33,167 bases of DNA from Octopus bimaculoides (GCF_001194135.2 NC_068990.1:51586399-51619565), one strand, 5' to 3'; positions 13,545 to 27,044 are shown, numbered from the stretch's first letter. Program-made: numbers and translations. The notes: generated from the letters alone by a model not told the origin.

Positions 13545-13771
13545 AGTTAATCAGAAAATCTTGTTTATTTATTCATCTGCTGGCTTACAACTTGTGCCAA
13601 TGGAGTATTGAAGTGGTTTAAGAGCCATTTGGCGTCTACTTCTAGCGTGTTGGTGTGGTTAATCCGCATGCTTTAATATAATTAGTTATATAATTATAAA
13701 TTAGTATAAACTGTTACCTGTAAGTTTTTTATTTCACGCTGGCTACTTGATTTTATCCTTAATTCTATATA
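13545..13771 (+). repeat. Uninterrupted copy (X2Y2) of the duplicated unit
   Basis: Contiguous match to 9472-9624 followed by 13203-13296. Confidence 0.85.
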
Positions 13772-13786
13772 TAAAATATATACATA

Positions 13787-14149
13787 GACGCAGGAGTGGT
13801 TGTGTGATAAGAAGCTTGCTTCCCAACCACATAGTTCCGGGTTCAGTTCCATTGCGTGGCAACTTAGATGACTTTTACTATAGCCCCAGGCCGACCAAAA
13901 CCTTGTGAGTAGATTTTGTGAGTAGATTGTGAGTAAATTTGAAAGAGGCCCGTCGTATGTGTGTGTGTGTGTATTTGTGTGTCTGTGCTTGTACCCCCAT
14001 TGCTTGACAACCGATGTTTGTGTGTTTACGTCCCCGCGGTTCGGCAAAGCAGACCGATAGAATAAGTACTAGGCTTACAAAGAATAAGACCTGGGGTCGA
14101 TTGTTCGTCTAAAGGTGGTGCTCTAGCATGGCTGCAGTCAAATGTAAAA

Positions 14150-14152
<3 letters not shown>
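13787..14152 (+). mobile_element. tRNA-derived SINE (cephalopod type) with internal (TG)n
   Basis: Head has an A-box-like TGGTTGTGTGA and a B-box-like GGTTCAGTTCC. The tail (accgatagaataagtactaggcttacaaagaataag...ggtgctc.agcatggc..cagt.aaatg) recurs at 32099-32255. Confidence 0.85.
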
Positions 14153-14187
<35 letters not shown>

Positions 14188-14323
14188 CACAGACATTCAT
14201 ATATAAATGCCTGTATGTATACACACATATATACACTTATACATACATGCATATACATAAACATATGCTTCTATAAGTTAATGTGCATATGTGTATGTGT
14301 ATATATTTATATGTATGTATGTA

Positions 14324-14364
<41 letters not shown>

Positions 14365-14430
14365 ACTTTTATAGATAGTTATACATACTTGCACACACGC
14401 ATAGAAATAGCTATATAGCTATATACATTG
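14152..14430. repeat. (TA)n/(TATG)n-type low-complexity tract
   Basis: Direct reading. Confidence 0.9.
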
Positions 14431-15739
14431 TGAACTTGTATCTTGTATTCATGTGCAAAATACAAGCTGTTAGAAAGAGTATATTTAAATGAAACACTTA
14501 GAAACACATAATCACATAATGTTTGACTGATTTTTTAAAATTTTTGCACAGTCTTATCTAAGTTTGAAATACTAAATATACAGACATATTATTCATATGA
14601 GAATCAAATCAGTTATCTTTATCTCCGACAGACTTATGGAACAAGCAGCTACGCAAAGCAAATACTCACAGATAAACAGACTTTACAGACAAATCATATG
14701 AGTAAATAAGAATGCATTTAAATGTTTAAATATAGGCAAGACATTTTTGATAAACGAGGAATATCAATATATGACTTCTGATGAACACTAGAGTATTGTT
14801 CTTTTTTGTTTCATTTTACTGATTATATTGTTCATATTTTCGAGATTATTGATTCAAGCTATTGAATACACACGAAGTCGTTCCTAATTTTCTATCTGTC
14901 GATGCTTGACAACTAACTGCAAAATATTTCCTCAGAAACCGCCAACGGACTCATGTTAAAAATGGTACTAGATGTTTTGAATAAATCTGGGGCTCCACAG
15001 TTACCTGGGAGTTAAAAGAAAGCGGAATAAAAGATATGGAAGTTGAACAGAACAACTCTGATTGGGAAAGCCCATGATAATGAGGGTACAATGACTCCAG
15101 TCTCTTTCTTTTAAACAGCCGCATTATGAAATCGTTTGACTTTGTGTAACGTACATGTAACTAATCTGAAAGGGTATATTCTGTTGATTGAATGATTGTA
15201 TACTACTGTGACTTGATATGAAATTGTAACGCCACCCCCACCCCCCTTACTGACCTGAGTGTTAACAAAATTCCCTCATGATATCCAAGATCTACGCTTG
15301 ATAGTTCGATTCACCGTACTTTATACAACCCATTTTCTAATCATTAGCAGTTATTAATTTGATTGATTACTTATTTCTACGGAATTCTGTGACATTCATT
15401 TTATTTTTTATTACGCAATGGAAACTTGGCATTTGTCCGCTAATAAAATATATGACACGAAGACCCAGAAACACGTAATCATTGTTTTCTTTCTTTTTTC
15501 TTTTTCTAGTTCCTATCAATGACTGAAAGTATAAAATATATACACATATCATTCAGGTGAATAACACGGCCATATATTTAAAATAAATTCAATTCATATG
15601 TGCATGTATTTCAGTATAGACATAGAGTGAAGTCGGTGCACCAGCCTGACCGCACGGCTTTCTCTGGAACTAGTAAAGAAATATATTCTGACTCAATTGT
15701 ATTTCTTTTAGTCTTTTATTCTGAATTTCAAAGAGGCTA

Positions 15740-16609
15740 TATTGTGGGGCAGTCTGAAGGTGGACATTGTTAGCCTAAAACCGCAGAAAACCTTAGAATT
15801 CCGCTTTCTACAGTTCATAGTGTGATTGTGCTGCAATTCACCATCGAGAGGAAGGAGTCCACATCACCTCGCCCAGGTTGACCAGGGCCTCCTGACAAGA
15901 CCCGTCTCTTTGTTAAGAGAAGTTGGTATCAGTCCCAGAACAGCTGTCAGGTATCTCCACAAACTTTTTTGAACAGCCAATATCAAGCGGAGAAAAGATT
16001 AGGCAAGTGAGATGGTGGAGAGGCGACTAGCATTTTTAGACACTGTCATATTCTCTAGTGAGTTTAGATTTGCTGTATTTTCGGACAGTGGTTGAGTGTG
16101 TGTGCCTGGCTTCAAGAGTTGTGAAAGATTGCCGTCAACAATGAAACATGGCAGTCATTCTGTGATGGTCTGGAGAACAATTTGGAGCAATGGTCGATTC
16201 AAGCTGGTTGATCAGAGCTGGTGGAGGGAAGCATAAACTCAGATAAATATGTGTCCATATTGCAGAAAGGACTTCTAACCTTCTCAAGTGGTGAAATTAT
16301 TAAAGAATCTTCTTTATTCATGGAAGATGGGGCTAAAATGACCCAAAAATTGTTGGAAGAGAATGGCATTAAAATGCTTCCATGGCCAAGCATTTACCAG
16401 ATATGAACCCTATTGAACACCTCTGGGGCATAATGGACAGGACACTTCATAAACAGAACAAGAAAGCATCTTCAAAGCAATATCTTTTGAGATTGCTGCA
16501 TGAAACTTGGCAAGAAATTCCACAAGAGAATATTCATCATCTGACCAGTAACGTGCCTAACAGGGTCTTTGCATTAAAAAATGCATAGAGCATGTCTACT
16601 AAATATTAA
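15740..16609 (+). pseudogene. Tc1-like (DD34E-type) transposase remnant
   Basis: LSTVHSVI..SPRPG*P (HTH linker), MKHGSHSVMVW, GSINSDKYVSILQ, FMEDGA, LPWP, PDMNPIEHLW, TWQEIP, and terminal TKY*. Frameshifted; no convincing TIR pair found. Confidence 0.85.
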
Positions 16610-16798
16610 ATATTCGTATTGTAACAACTAATAAATAACTTGAATGTATAATTTCAGATTTAAATAAATTTTAATGACTATATGAGTGCCTATTTACTTC
16701 TGTCATGTCTGTGTATATCAGTTATGTTTGCTGCATATAGAAACAAAATGGATTTTAGAATATACTGGTTTGGGATTATTATTATTATTATCATTATT

Positions 16799-17154
16799 GT
16801 GGAAGGTGTTTATAAGCCATTTAAAATAACACACAAAATCCGTTAGATTCACTTCAACATTTAAATTTAATTTGTCAAAATATTTTCGTCGCTTTGAGAC
16901 CGCGACCTGTTCACTGACAAAATTCTGTGCTGCAGTACAGAATTCTGAGATGCAGCACAGAATTTTGTCAGTGAACAGGTCGTGGTCTCAAAGCGACGAA
17001 AATATTTTGACAAATTAAATTTAAATGTTGAAGTGAATCTAACGGATTTTGTGTGTTATTTTAAATGGCTTATAAACGCCTTCCACGCTGCAATTGTTTT
17101 CGTTCCAGCACACGATCTCAGATCAGGTCACTTGCTATGCAAGTACATCTCCGT
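16799..17154. mobile_element. Palindromic short element (family P1): two 136 bp inverted arms plus a unique tail, in (TTA)n; possibly Penelope pseudo-LTR-derived
   Basis: 16799-16934 and 16951-17086 are reverse complements with 2 mismatches. The right arm plus tail recurs at 30430-30628. The Penelope assignment is inference only. Confidence 0.8.
16964..17014 (+). ncRNA. Hammerhead-ribozyme-like motif, minimal type I, G3:C8 core variant (mirror copy 16871-16921 on minus)
   Basis: Stem I TTTGTCA/TGACAAA, core GTGAACA plus an extra G, stem II GTCG(C/T)/GCGAC, GAA-A, palindromic AAAATATTTT stem III, UUU site. Activity is untested. Confidence 0.55.
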
Positions 17155-17217
17155 AATTATTATTATTATCTTATAATAATTCTGCTTGTCAGTGCGTTAC
17201 TTAGCCTGTCGGTAACA

Positions 17218-17400
17218 GAGAAAAAGAGGATGAAAGAAACGAGGAAGAAAGAAAAAGGGAAGGAGAAAAAGAGGGAGAGAAGATGTGAGGTTGGGGAATG
17301 TAAGAGAAAGATAAGAGGAAAAAAGGAGGAAAAGAGGATAAGGCGAAGAATGAGTCAGAAAGATGAAGCAAGAAAAAGAGGGGAGGGAAGCGTCCATGAC
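17218..17400. repeat. Purine-rich (A/G) low-complexity tract
   Basis: Direct reading. Confidence 0.8.
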
Positions 17401-17865
17401 GGGAGGTAGTGGGAACGTAATATTTATTATGTGGTCGAAAATGTTAGTTGAAGGTAGTGATATAGAGGAGGAGAGTTAGAAATATAATTTTAGCAGAGAG
17501 GTGATGGTCAGGTTAAAGAATGGCAGAGAGAGGTGGGTGAATTATCCACGCTTATTTACGTGGAAGATATATGCAATTTAACTAAAGGTTGTATCCTATG
17601 TACGGGGATATTTTTCTTTTTTTTGATAGGAAGAATGTGGGTGAATATTTATTTTGAGTGCTGTGTATTAACTATAAAATTGTTCATAAAGTATATAGTG
17701 CATATAAAGTGCATTAAGTAAACATCGTATTTCAATTTTTTTCATTTTTCAATGAGCTGTAGATGAGCAAGTATATTTCTATATAGACACAACACAAGCT
17801 ACGCTTCAGGATTTTTGGATAAAGTTTCCAGAAATAACCGAATAGGTTTACCATTAATTCTAAGA

Positions 17866-17925
<60 letters not shown>
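17866..17925. repeat. (TTA)n microsatellite, 3' tail of the family D element
   Basis: Direct reading. Confidence 0.97.
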
Positions 17926-19923
<1,998 letters not shown>

Positions 19924-19927
19924 TATT

Positions 19928-20278
19928 GTCTTTGCACAGCTTCTAATTCTGGAGATGTACCACGGTGTCAGCTGTTCACTACTAGTGAACTAATGTAACA
20001 CCCCTTATCTTTCGAGCACCTTCCGGAGTATTCGAGCGGTTCCAAGCAGTGCTGTTTTCTGCATGTGCCCCACCCTTATTGCGGTCCCTATTTGTTCCAT
20101 GTACTTCTCAAGACTTTTACTCACTGTTGCTAGGGCTCCGACAATTACTGGTACTTTTTCATCGACCACAACTGCTTAACCTCCCAAGCTAACCTGTCAT
20201 ATATATCGAGTTTTCTTTCTTCCTCATCGCATACCTTGTCAGCTGGGCATGCTATATCTATGACCCAGCATCGTTTGC

Positions 20279-20280
<2 letters not shown>
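19928..20280 (-). mobile_element. Short 5'-truncated family A R4/Dong copy between two (TTA)n tracts
   Basis: Similar to 285-640, including the 3' UTR. Peptide RCWVIDIACPADK..YDRLAWEVKQLW..QKTALLGTARILRKVLER*. (TTA)n at 19870-19927 and 20281-20313. Confidence 0.9.
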
Positions 20281-20314
<34 letters not shown>

Positions 20315-20399
20315 TTTTAATCTGCATCTTTGTTACTGTCACTTGCCGCGATACACCCAGCGTCCTGGGGCGAGTGAAGGATAAGAGATGCTACAATAT

Positions 20400-21057
20400 G
20401 ACTGAAAGTAATACAACACAGATGGAGGATGTTTCTAAGGATGTCGGCAGTACGTCTCAGCACAATCTTTTTGATTTCTCTGAGACATAGTTCTCCTGGG
20501 ATTATATCTGCATGTTTCTGATATCTATTTTTATCATACCTAGAGCACGTTCAATAACAGGAATAGTTCTCGTTTTAAGATCCCACATCTTTTGTATTTC
20601 AATTTCCAGGTCTATATATTTACTCAGTTTGTCAAATACCTTGACAGATATATTTATTTTTATCAGTGAGAACACTTACATCTATTAGTCTACAAGTATT
20701 TTTTTCCCTATCTTTAATAATTATGTCTAGTCGATCAGCCTGGATCTTTCTGTCAGTGTTGACTGGAAAATATCAGTAAGTAGGAGTGATGATTTTGTAG
20801 TGTTTACATATTTTCCAATGTAAATACTGATCTACCCTGTCGTGGCGATCTTTATATTCATTTGGTGTCAGCACAGGACATCCCGAGACGAGATGGTCTA
20901 TTGTTTCGTAAAATGTGTCACAAAATCTGCATTTTGTGTCAGAACCATTTTGAAGAACGTTAACCTGGTAGTATTTCGTGAGCAAGCTTTGGCGTTGTGT
21001 CGCCAACATGAAACCTTCAGTCTCTGCTTTCAGTCCTGAACTTCTCAGAAACCTGGT
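20400..21057 (-). mobile_element. Degenerate R4/Dong C-terminal fragment (family E)
   Basis: SSGLKAETEGFML, CRFCDTFYETIDHLVSGC, RHDRV, DRLDII, KLSKYIDLEIEIQKMWDLKT. An internal deletion and frameshifts are present. Confidence 0.85.
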
Positions 21058-22363
21058 GTAAGAAAACATTTTCAAAGAGAAAAGTATGCTACCACAATGA
21101 ATTACAGAAATTATGTTTTGAAAATAGTCTATACATACCTCTGTGTGTGGTTCATTTCTTGGATACAGGCAGAAAGTTATCATATATATACATATATANN
21201 NNNNNNNNNNNNNNNNNNNNNNNNNNNNNNNNNNNNNNNNNNNNNNNNNNNNNNNNNNNNNNNNNNNNNNNNNNNNNNNNNNNNNNNNNNNNNNNNNNNN
21301 NNNNNNNNNNNNNNNNNNNNNNNNNNNNNNNNNNNNNNNNNNNNNNNNNNNNNNNNNNNNNNNNNNNNNNNNNNNNNNNNNNNNNNNNNNNNNNNNNNNN
21401 NNNNNNNNNNNNNNNNNNNNNNNNNNNNNNNNNNNNNNNNNNNNNNNNNNNNNNNNNNNNNNNNNNNNNNNNNNNNNNNNNNNNNNNNNNNNNNNNNNNN
21501 NNNNNNNNNNNNNNNNNNNNNNNNNNNNNNNNNNNNNNNNNNNNNNNNNNNNNNNNNNNNNNNNNNNNNNNNNNNNNNNNNNNNNNNNNNNNNNNNNNNN
21601 NNNNNNNNNNNNNNNNNNNNNNNAGCCACTGACCTTGGTGACAGAGACAAAATCCTGGCATTCTTATATCTACTTTTCCAGTGAAATTCTTCACTGATAT
21701 CGAAAAGGTGAAAACAAGCAATGTTAATTCTCTAAATGAAGTATTAACAGTAACTGCACGATAAAGTGTAGTATATTGCCACTTAAGTGTGACTGACCCC
21801 TAGGGGTGGATGTTACTGTTGCTTTTAGCCCCAGGAGGACATCTCCTCCAGCTGGCTTATCGACACACTACTGTGTCCTGTTTGCCAAGAGAAGTTATCC
21901 CTCTCACCATGATCTGTAGCACGAACGGATCCGGATTTCAGGGTTATTTCCCTTCGTCGGCGTTCGATAGCCACTGACCTTGGTGACAGAGACAAAATCC
22001 TGGCATTCTTATATCTACTTTTCCTTCGAAATAACGAATACATAAAAAAGATTTTAAAGGAATTTTAGAAATATTTGGGGGATTTTTTGATAGATTTAAT
22101 ATAACGTAATGATATGTCTATCACTTGTATTTGTATAATAATGGGAGACAAGATTATTCGAATAGGCTATGATGCCGGGACCGGCAAAATATATATACTG
22201 GTTAGCTCGCTGTCTGATATATGTGAGATGAGTTCACAGCTTTATTCATTAAATGATCATTTATTTTAACGTATTTTGTGTAAACATATAAATGAAGTAT
22301 TATTTGAGGTAGACCCCTTGAGATCGTCAGTGCAGTGGTTGTTGAGATTTATAGGCAGGACTC

Positions 22364-22480
22364 GAACATTATATACAAAAATCACAACTATATAGTATAT
22401 AGTATATGATAGCTTTAGTTTTGAACATCATATACAAAACCACAACTATATAGTATATCGCATATGAAAGCTTTAATTTT
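22364..22480. repeat. Diverged tandem duplication of a ~59 bp unit
   Basis: gaacat.atatacaaaa..cacaactatatagtatat.g.atatga.agcttta.tttt occurs twice (22364-22422, 22423-22480). Confidence 0.85.
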
Positions 22481-23109
22481 AAAGTTTGTGTCAAAGTGGA
22501 GGCTAATCCGAAAACAAAAACCATTATTTAAACGGAAATGCATTGTGGCTTTCTCCGATGGTGTCCCTAAAGTTCTTATGCTGTAAAATATAACATCAAA
22601 CGCTTTAAATTTATTTTTTATTCGTAAAAACCGAAGGCAAGCATATCGGTTGTATTTGTTCCATAAATTTGTTTAATATCCTCTCGCATTAACGAGTACT
22701 CATTCATTAAGGAACGAGCACGTTAGACTATAATTTGTTTTTAAAAATGTGATTAAGATGTTTTAACTATCCAAGATCGATTTTTACAGAATTTGCTTTA
22801 AAAAAAACAGCCAGTCATGACTATTTGAAAACCCAGCATTCAATTCAGCTGATATCAAACGCATGAGAAAAAAAATTAAAAATCTTAGGGATGTAATCTT
22901 AAAAACAGCAGATAAAGTATTTGTAAAGATAAATATTTTGACAGAAAGAGTACACCTTGTTTTTTTTATGTTTAAAATGAATTAAATATTAAATACTGAC
23001 CTTTTTTCTATAAAATCGGGGCGTTGCACTGAAAAAGATCAGAATTTTCTCTAAATTTGAATATAATTTTGTATAAAACAAAGAGAGCAAAAGAAAAGCA
23101 TATACAATT

Positions 23110-24500
23110 TTTAAAAAATTGGAAGCATTGAATCACAAGAAAAAGAACTCGTTGGTGACACAAGAGGAACCGAAGAAGAAATTCAAAACACCAATAGGAG
23201 TTAGTAATAGTATTCTAAAGAACAAATCCAAATACGAGCAAAAAAAGATCACCAAGGGCAGAAGAATTTAGTAAATCCGAATGTTACAAAAGCTATCCAC
23301 GATCCACTTTATGAGCGGATTCAGAAAAAAATCAAATTTTCACACAGTAACCAATGATATGCTGAAGAGTATGACTCTTAAAATTGCAGATCGTCTTCAA
23401 ATCAAATATTTTAAAGCTTCACAAACGTGGATTACACAGTTTAAAGAAAATTTCGGCATAAAATCTAGGGAAATTTCCAGAGAAGAAGAACTAGTAAATC
23501 CCGTTGTAATAAAGAACTCATTTTTTCAAAATTTTATTGAAAGATCCAAAACATACTCTCCTCAAGATACTTTTAATTGCGATGAAACAGGTCATTTATA
23601 TAAACACTGGTTCTCAACACAGAAGAACAAGCCTCGGGAATATTTTCAAAAGATCACATTACAATACTTTTCTGTGTGAATAGAACTGGCGGGAAAATAA
23701 TGTCTCTTATAATCGGTAAATTCAAATCTCCACAGATTAACATGGAAGCTTTGGGACTAGATTATACTCATAGTGGAAAACCTTGGATGACTTGAGATTG
23801 GTTGGAAAGAGGCTTAATGAAAAAATGGTTACAGATAATAGGAAAATACTTCTTTTACTCGACAATAGCGTCGTTCAGTACATCGATATCAATTTGAGCT
23901 ATATAGAACTACATTATTTGCCGGCGAATTGCACATTAAAAATGCAGCCTATTGATGAAGGTATTATTCATTCTTTTAAAGCCTCTTACCGAAAGATTTT
24001 CTTAAGGAATTGAAGTATGATAAACGAGGAAGATATTAATTTCATTGATGAGGTTAAGAAATTCAAGTTATTCAATGCTCTTTGTTTAATCATGTTTTAA
24101 TCATGCCTACAAAATTTGGGAAGGAACAAATAAAAGTACTTAAATGCCGACCAGAAACATGGTTGTTAGGGAAAATTCAATCGAAACAGATGAAGAAACA
24201 GCATTCTATGATAATTTAAATCTACCTGCCTATGCTGACGATAATCTACTAGATGAAATTTCCATAGTGAACCTTGTTAACAATGAGAATCCCGAAATTT
24301 TTGATGAATTGGAAAATCAAACTAAGTAAAGCGAAAAAAAAATCGATTTTTCCGATGCGCTTTATCATCTTGAACAGCTAGAAAATTTTTCTTACAAGAA
24401 AATTGAAAAGAGGTGAAACAAGTTGCTGTCTTGATGAGAATTTTATTCGAAATGAAAGAAAGAAAATTATTCAAGATAAGTGATGTTTTTAGAAAATAAT
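23110..24500 (+). pseudogene. Tigger/pogo-family (CENP-B-like HTH + DDE) transposase remnant
   Basis: FKASQTWITQFKENFGI (HTH), YSPQDTFNCDETG, LIIGKFKSP, ILLLLDN, LHYLPANCTLKMQPIDEGIIHSFKASYRK. Frameshifts and stops; boundaries approximate; TIRs not found. Confidence 0.87.
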
Positions 24501-25824
24501 AATTAAATTTTTGATCATATTCCTTTTAAAACCATAAGTATAGTTTAAATCAAAGAAATGAGTGCGTGGTATTACAACAAGCAATACATCATTCTTTACT
24601 ATATTCTTCAATTTTAGTTAAATTCATTTAGCGAAAATGATTTTTTGGCTTTCGTGTGGTTTTCGTTAAATATATATATATATATATATANNNNNNNNNN
24701 NNNNNNNNNNNNNNNNNNNNNNNNNNNNNNNNNNNNNNNNNNNNNNNNNNNNNNNNNNNNNNNNNNNNNNNNNNNNNNNNNNNNNNNNNNNNNNNNNNNN
24801 NNNNNNNNNNNNNNNNNNNNNNNNNNNNNNNNNNNNNNNNNNNNNNNNNNNNNNNNNNNNNNNNNNNNNNNNNNNNNNNNNNNNNNNNNNNNNNNNNNNN
24901 NNNNNNNNNNNNNNNNNNNNNNNNNNNNNNNNNNNNNNNNNNNNNNNNNNNNNNNNNNNNNNNNNNNNNNNNNNNNNNNNNNNNNNNNNNNNNNNNNNNN
25001 NNNNNNNNNNNNNNNNNNNNNNNNNNNNNNNNNNNNNNNNNNNNNNNNNNNNNNNNNNNNNNNNNNNNNNNNNNNNNNNNNNNNNNNNNNNNNNNNNNNN
25101 NNNNNNNNNNNNNNNNNNNNNNNNNNNNNNNNNNNNNNNNNNNNNNNNNNNNNNNNNNNNNNNNNNNNNNNNNNNNNNNNNNNNNNNNNNNNNNNNNNNN
25201 NNNNNNNNNNNNNNNNNNNNNNNNNNNNNNNNNNNNNNNNNNNNNNNNNNNNNNNNNNNNNNNNNNNNNNNNNNNNNNNNNNNNNNNNNNNNNNNNNNNN
25301 NNNNNNNNNNNNNNNNNNNNNNNNNNNNNNNNNNNNNNNNNNNNNNNNNNNNNNNNNNNNNNNNNNNNNNNNNNNNNNNNNNNNNNNNNNNNNNNNNNNN
25401 NNNNNNNNNNNNNNNNNNNNNNNNNNNNNNNNNNNNNNNNNNNNNNNNNNNNNNNNNNNNNNNNNNNNNNNNNNNNNNNNNNNNNNNNNNNNNNNNNNNN
25501 TATATTTATATATATATATATATTCAGAATTTTTCTCCCATTAAACGATGAAGCAGTGGAATATAAGTAATAATAAAACAGAAAACGTGTGTAAGAAAAC
25601 GTTGTCAAATAGTAAAGTATGCTACCACAATGAATTACAGAAATTATTTGAAAATAATCTATACATACCTCTGTGCGTTGTCCATTACTTGGATATAGAC
25701 ATGCGACAGTGATGATAACGAAACGAGAAGGGTTGCATTACGACGTGCTGGAAACATCAGTCAAATGCACATTAAATCACTTTCCGTGAATTTTACCAAG
25801 GAACCGATTATTTGGAGGACAAAA

Positions 25825-26200
25825 TCATCTTGGACCAGGGTAAAAACTTGTAGCTTTCAATAAGAAGGTGTGCATTCTTCTGGCAGCAGGTTTAATGGCT
25901 TCCATGAACTGGAATCGCGCGACATACTGCTTTAAGAAATGAGCCCGGATGCCTGGACGAATCACCGTTCTCTTGAAGGTGCTTCACAATCGTTGGATTG
26001 TCTGCGTGTGCACTGACGAAATTGCTGGATCTACGAAATTTTTACAATGGTTAACCGGAAATTGTGTGTAACCTAGATTTCCAAGAGAATTGTAGGCACC
26101 ACAAAAATCACTATATATTATGGATCCTAGACGTATGTGGTGAGTAATTAACGGAATGAGTGTAGAGGCATTTCGCCTTTCCTCTTCGGAATACTCCGAT
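25825..26200 (-). pseudogene. Merlin (IS1595/ISXO2-like) transposase C-terminal part, native orientation
   Basis: LIPLITHHIRLGSIIYSDFCGAYNSL..Y..FPVNH..NFVDP..VHTQTIQRL*..FK..YVARFQF..FLLKATSFYPGPR*. Confidence 0.85.
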
Positions 26201-26443
26201 NNNNNNNNNNNNNNNNNNNNNNNNNNNNNNNNNNNNNNNNNNNNNNNNNNNNNNNNNNNNNNNNNNNNNNNNNNNNNNNNNNNNNNNNNNNNNNNNNNNN
26301 NNNNNNNNNNNNNNNNNNNNNNNNNNNNNNNNNNNNNNNNNNNNNNNNNNNNNNNNNNNNNNNNNNNNNNNNNNNNNNNNNNNNNNNNNNNNNNNNNNNN
26401 NNNNNNNNNNNNNNNNNNNNNNNNNNNNNNNNNNNNNNNNNNN

Positions 26444-26831
26444 TTGATACCTCTTTCATCGGAGTGTTCCGAAGAGGAAAGGCGAAATGCCTCTTCACTC
26501 ATTCCGATAATCACTCGCCACATACGTCAAGGATCCATAATATATAGTGATTCTTGCGGTGCCTACAATTCTCTTGGAAATCTAGGTTACACACAATTTC
26601 CGGTTAACCATAGTGAAAATTTCGTAGATCCAGCAATTTCATCAGTGCACACGCAGACAATCGAATGATTGTGGAGCACCTTCAAGAGAACGGTGATTCG
26701 TCCAGGCATCCGGGCTCATTTCTTAAAGCAGTATGTCGCGCGATTCCAGTTCATGGAAGCTATTAAACCTGCTACCAGAAGAATGCACACCTTATTGAAA
26801 GCTGAAAGTCTTCTTATTGAAAGCTGCAAGT
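26444..26831 (+). pseudogene. Inverted second copy of the Merlin C-terminal part
   Basis: IYSDSCGAY, VNHSENFVDP, VHTQTIE*LW; about 95% identical to the reverse complement of 25846-26200. Confidence 0.85.
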
Positions 26832-27040
26832 CTTCCACGGCTATATTTTCTGTGAACAATAACGGTTTCATCAACCTCCACCTGTACTCCTGGCCCACCG
26901 ATCTGTTCTTGGTGATTCTCCACCCAATAAAGACAAACTTCCGAATTTTTTCTGTGTGGCTACCAACTTCCATTTCTGTCCGATTTGATTTTTCCTTTTA
27001 TTATTTGTTTGAAAGCAACTGGTCGCATACCACAAGGTTT
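26826..27040 (-). pseudogene. Merlin transposase N-terminal catalytic part
   Basis: A frame not listed in the ORF track reads SEVCLYWVENHQEQIGGPGVQVEVDETVIVHRKYSRGRL, matching the Merlin IGGPG..VEIDE...RKY.RGR motif. Confidence 0.82.
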
Positions 27041-27044
27041 AACA

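Noticed and set aside
14830-15110. Possible host exon in unique-looking sequence
   Set aside because: Only short frames with no recognisable domain; cannot be supported without RNA-seq.
15610-16715. Candidate TIRs for the Tc1 remnant
   Set aside because: The right end (..ctgtcatgtctgtgTA) looks plausible, but the best left match near 15614 is too weak to call.
21780-21870. GGCTAA motif as an HDV-like ribozyme J4/2
   Set aside because: I could not find matching P1, P2 and P3 strands.
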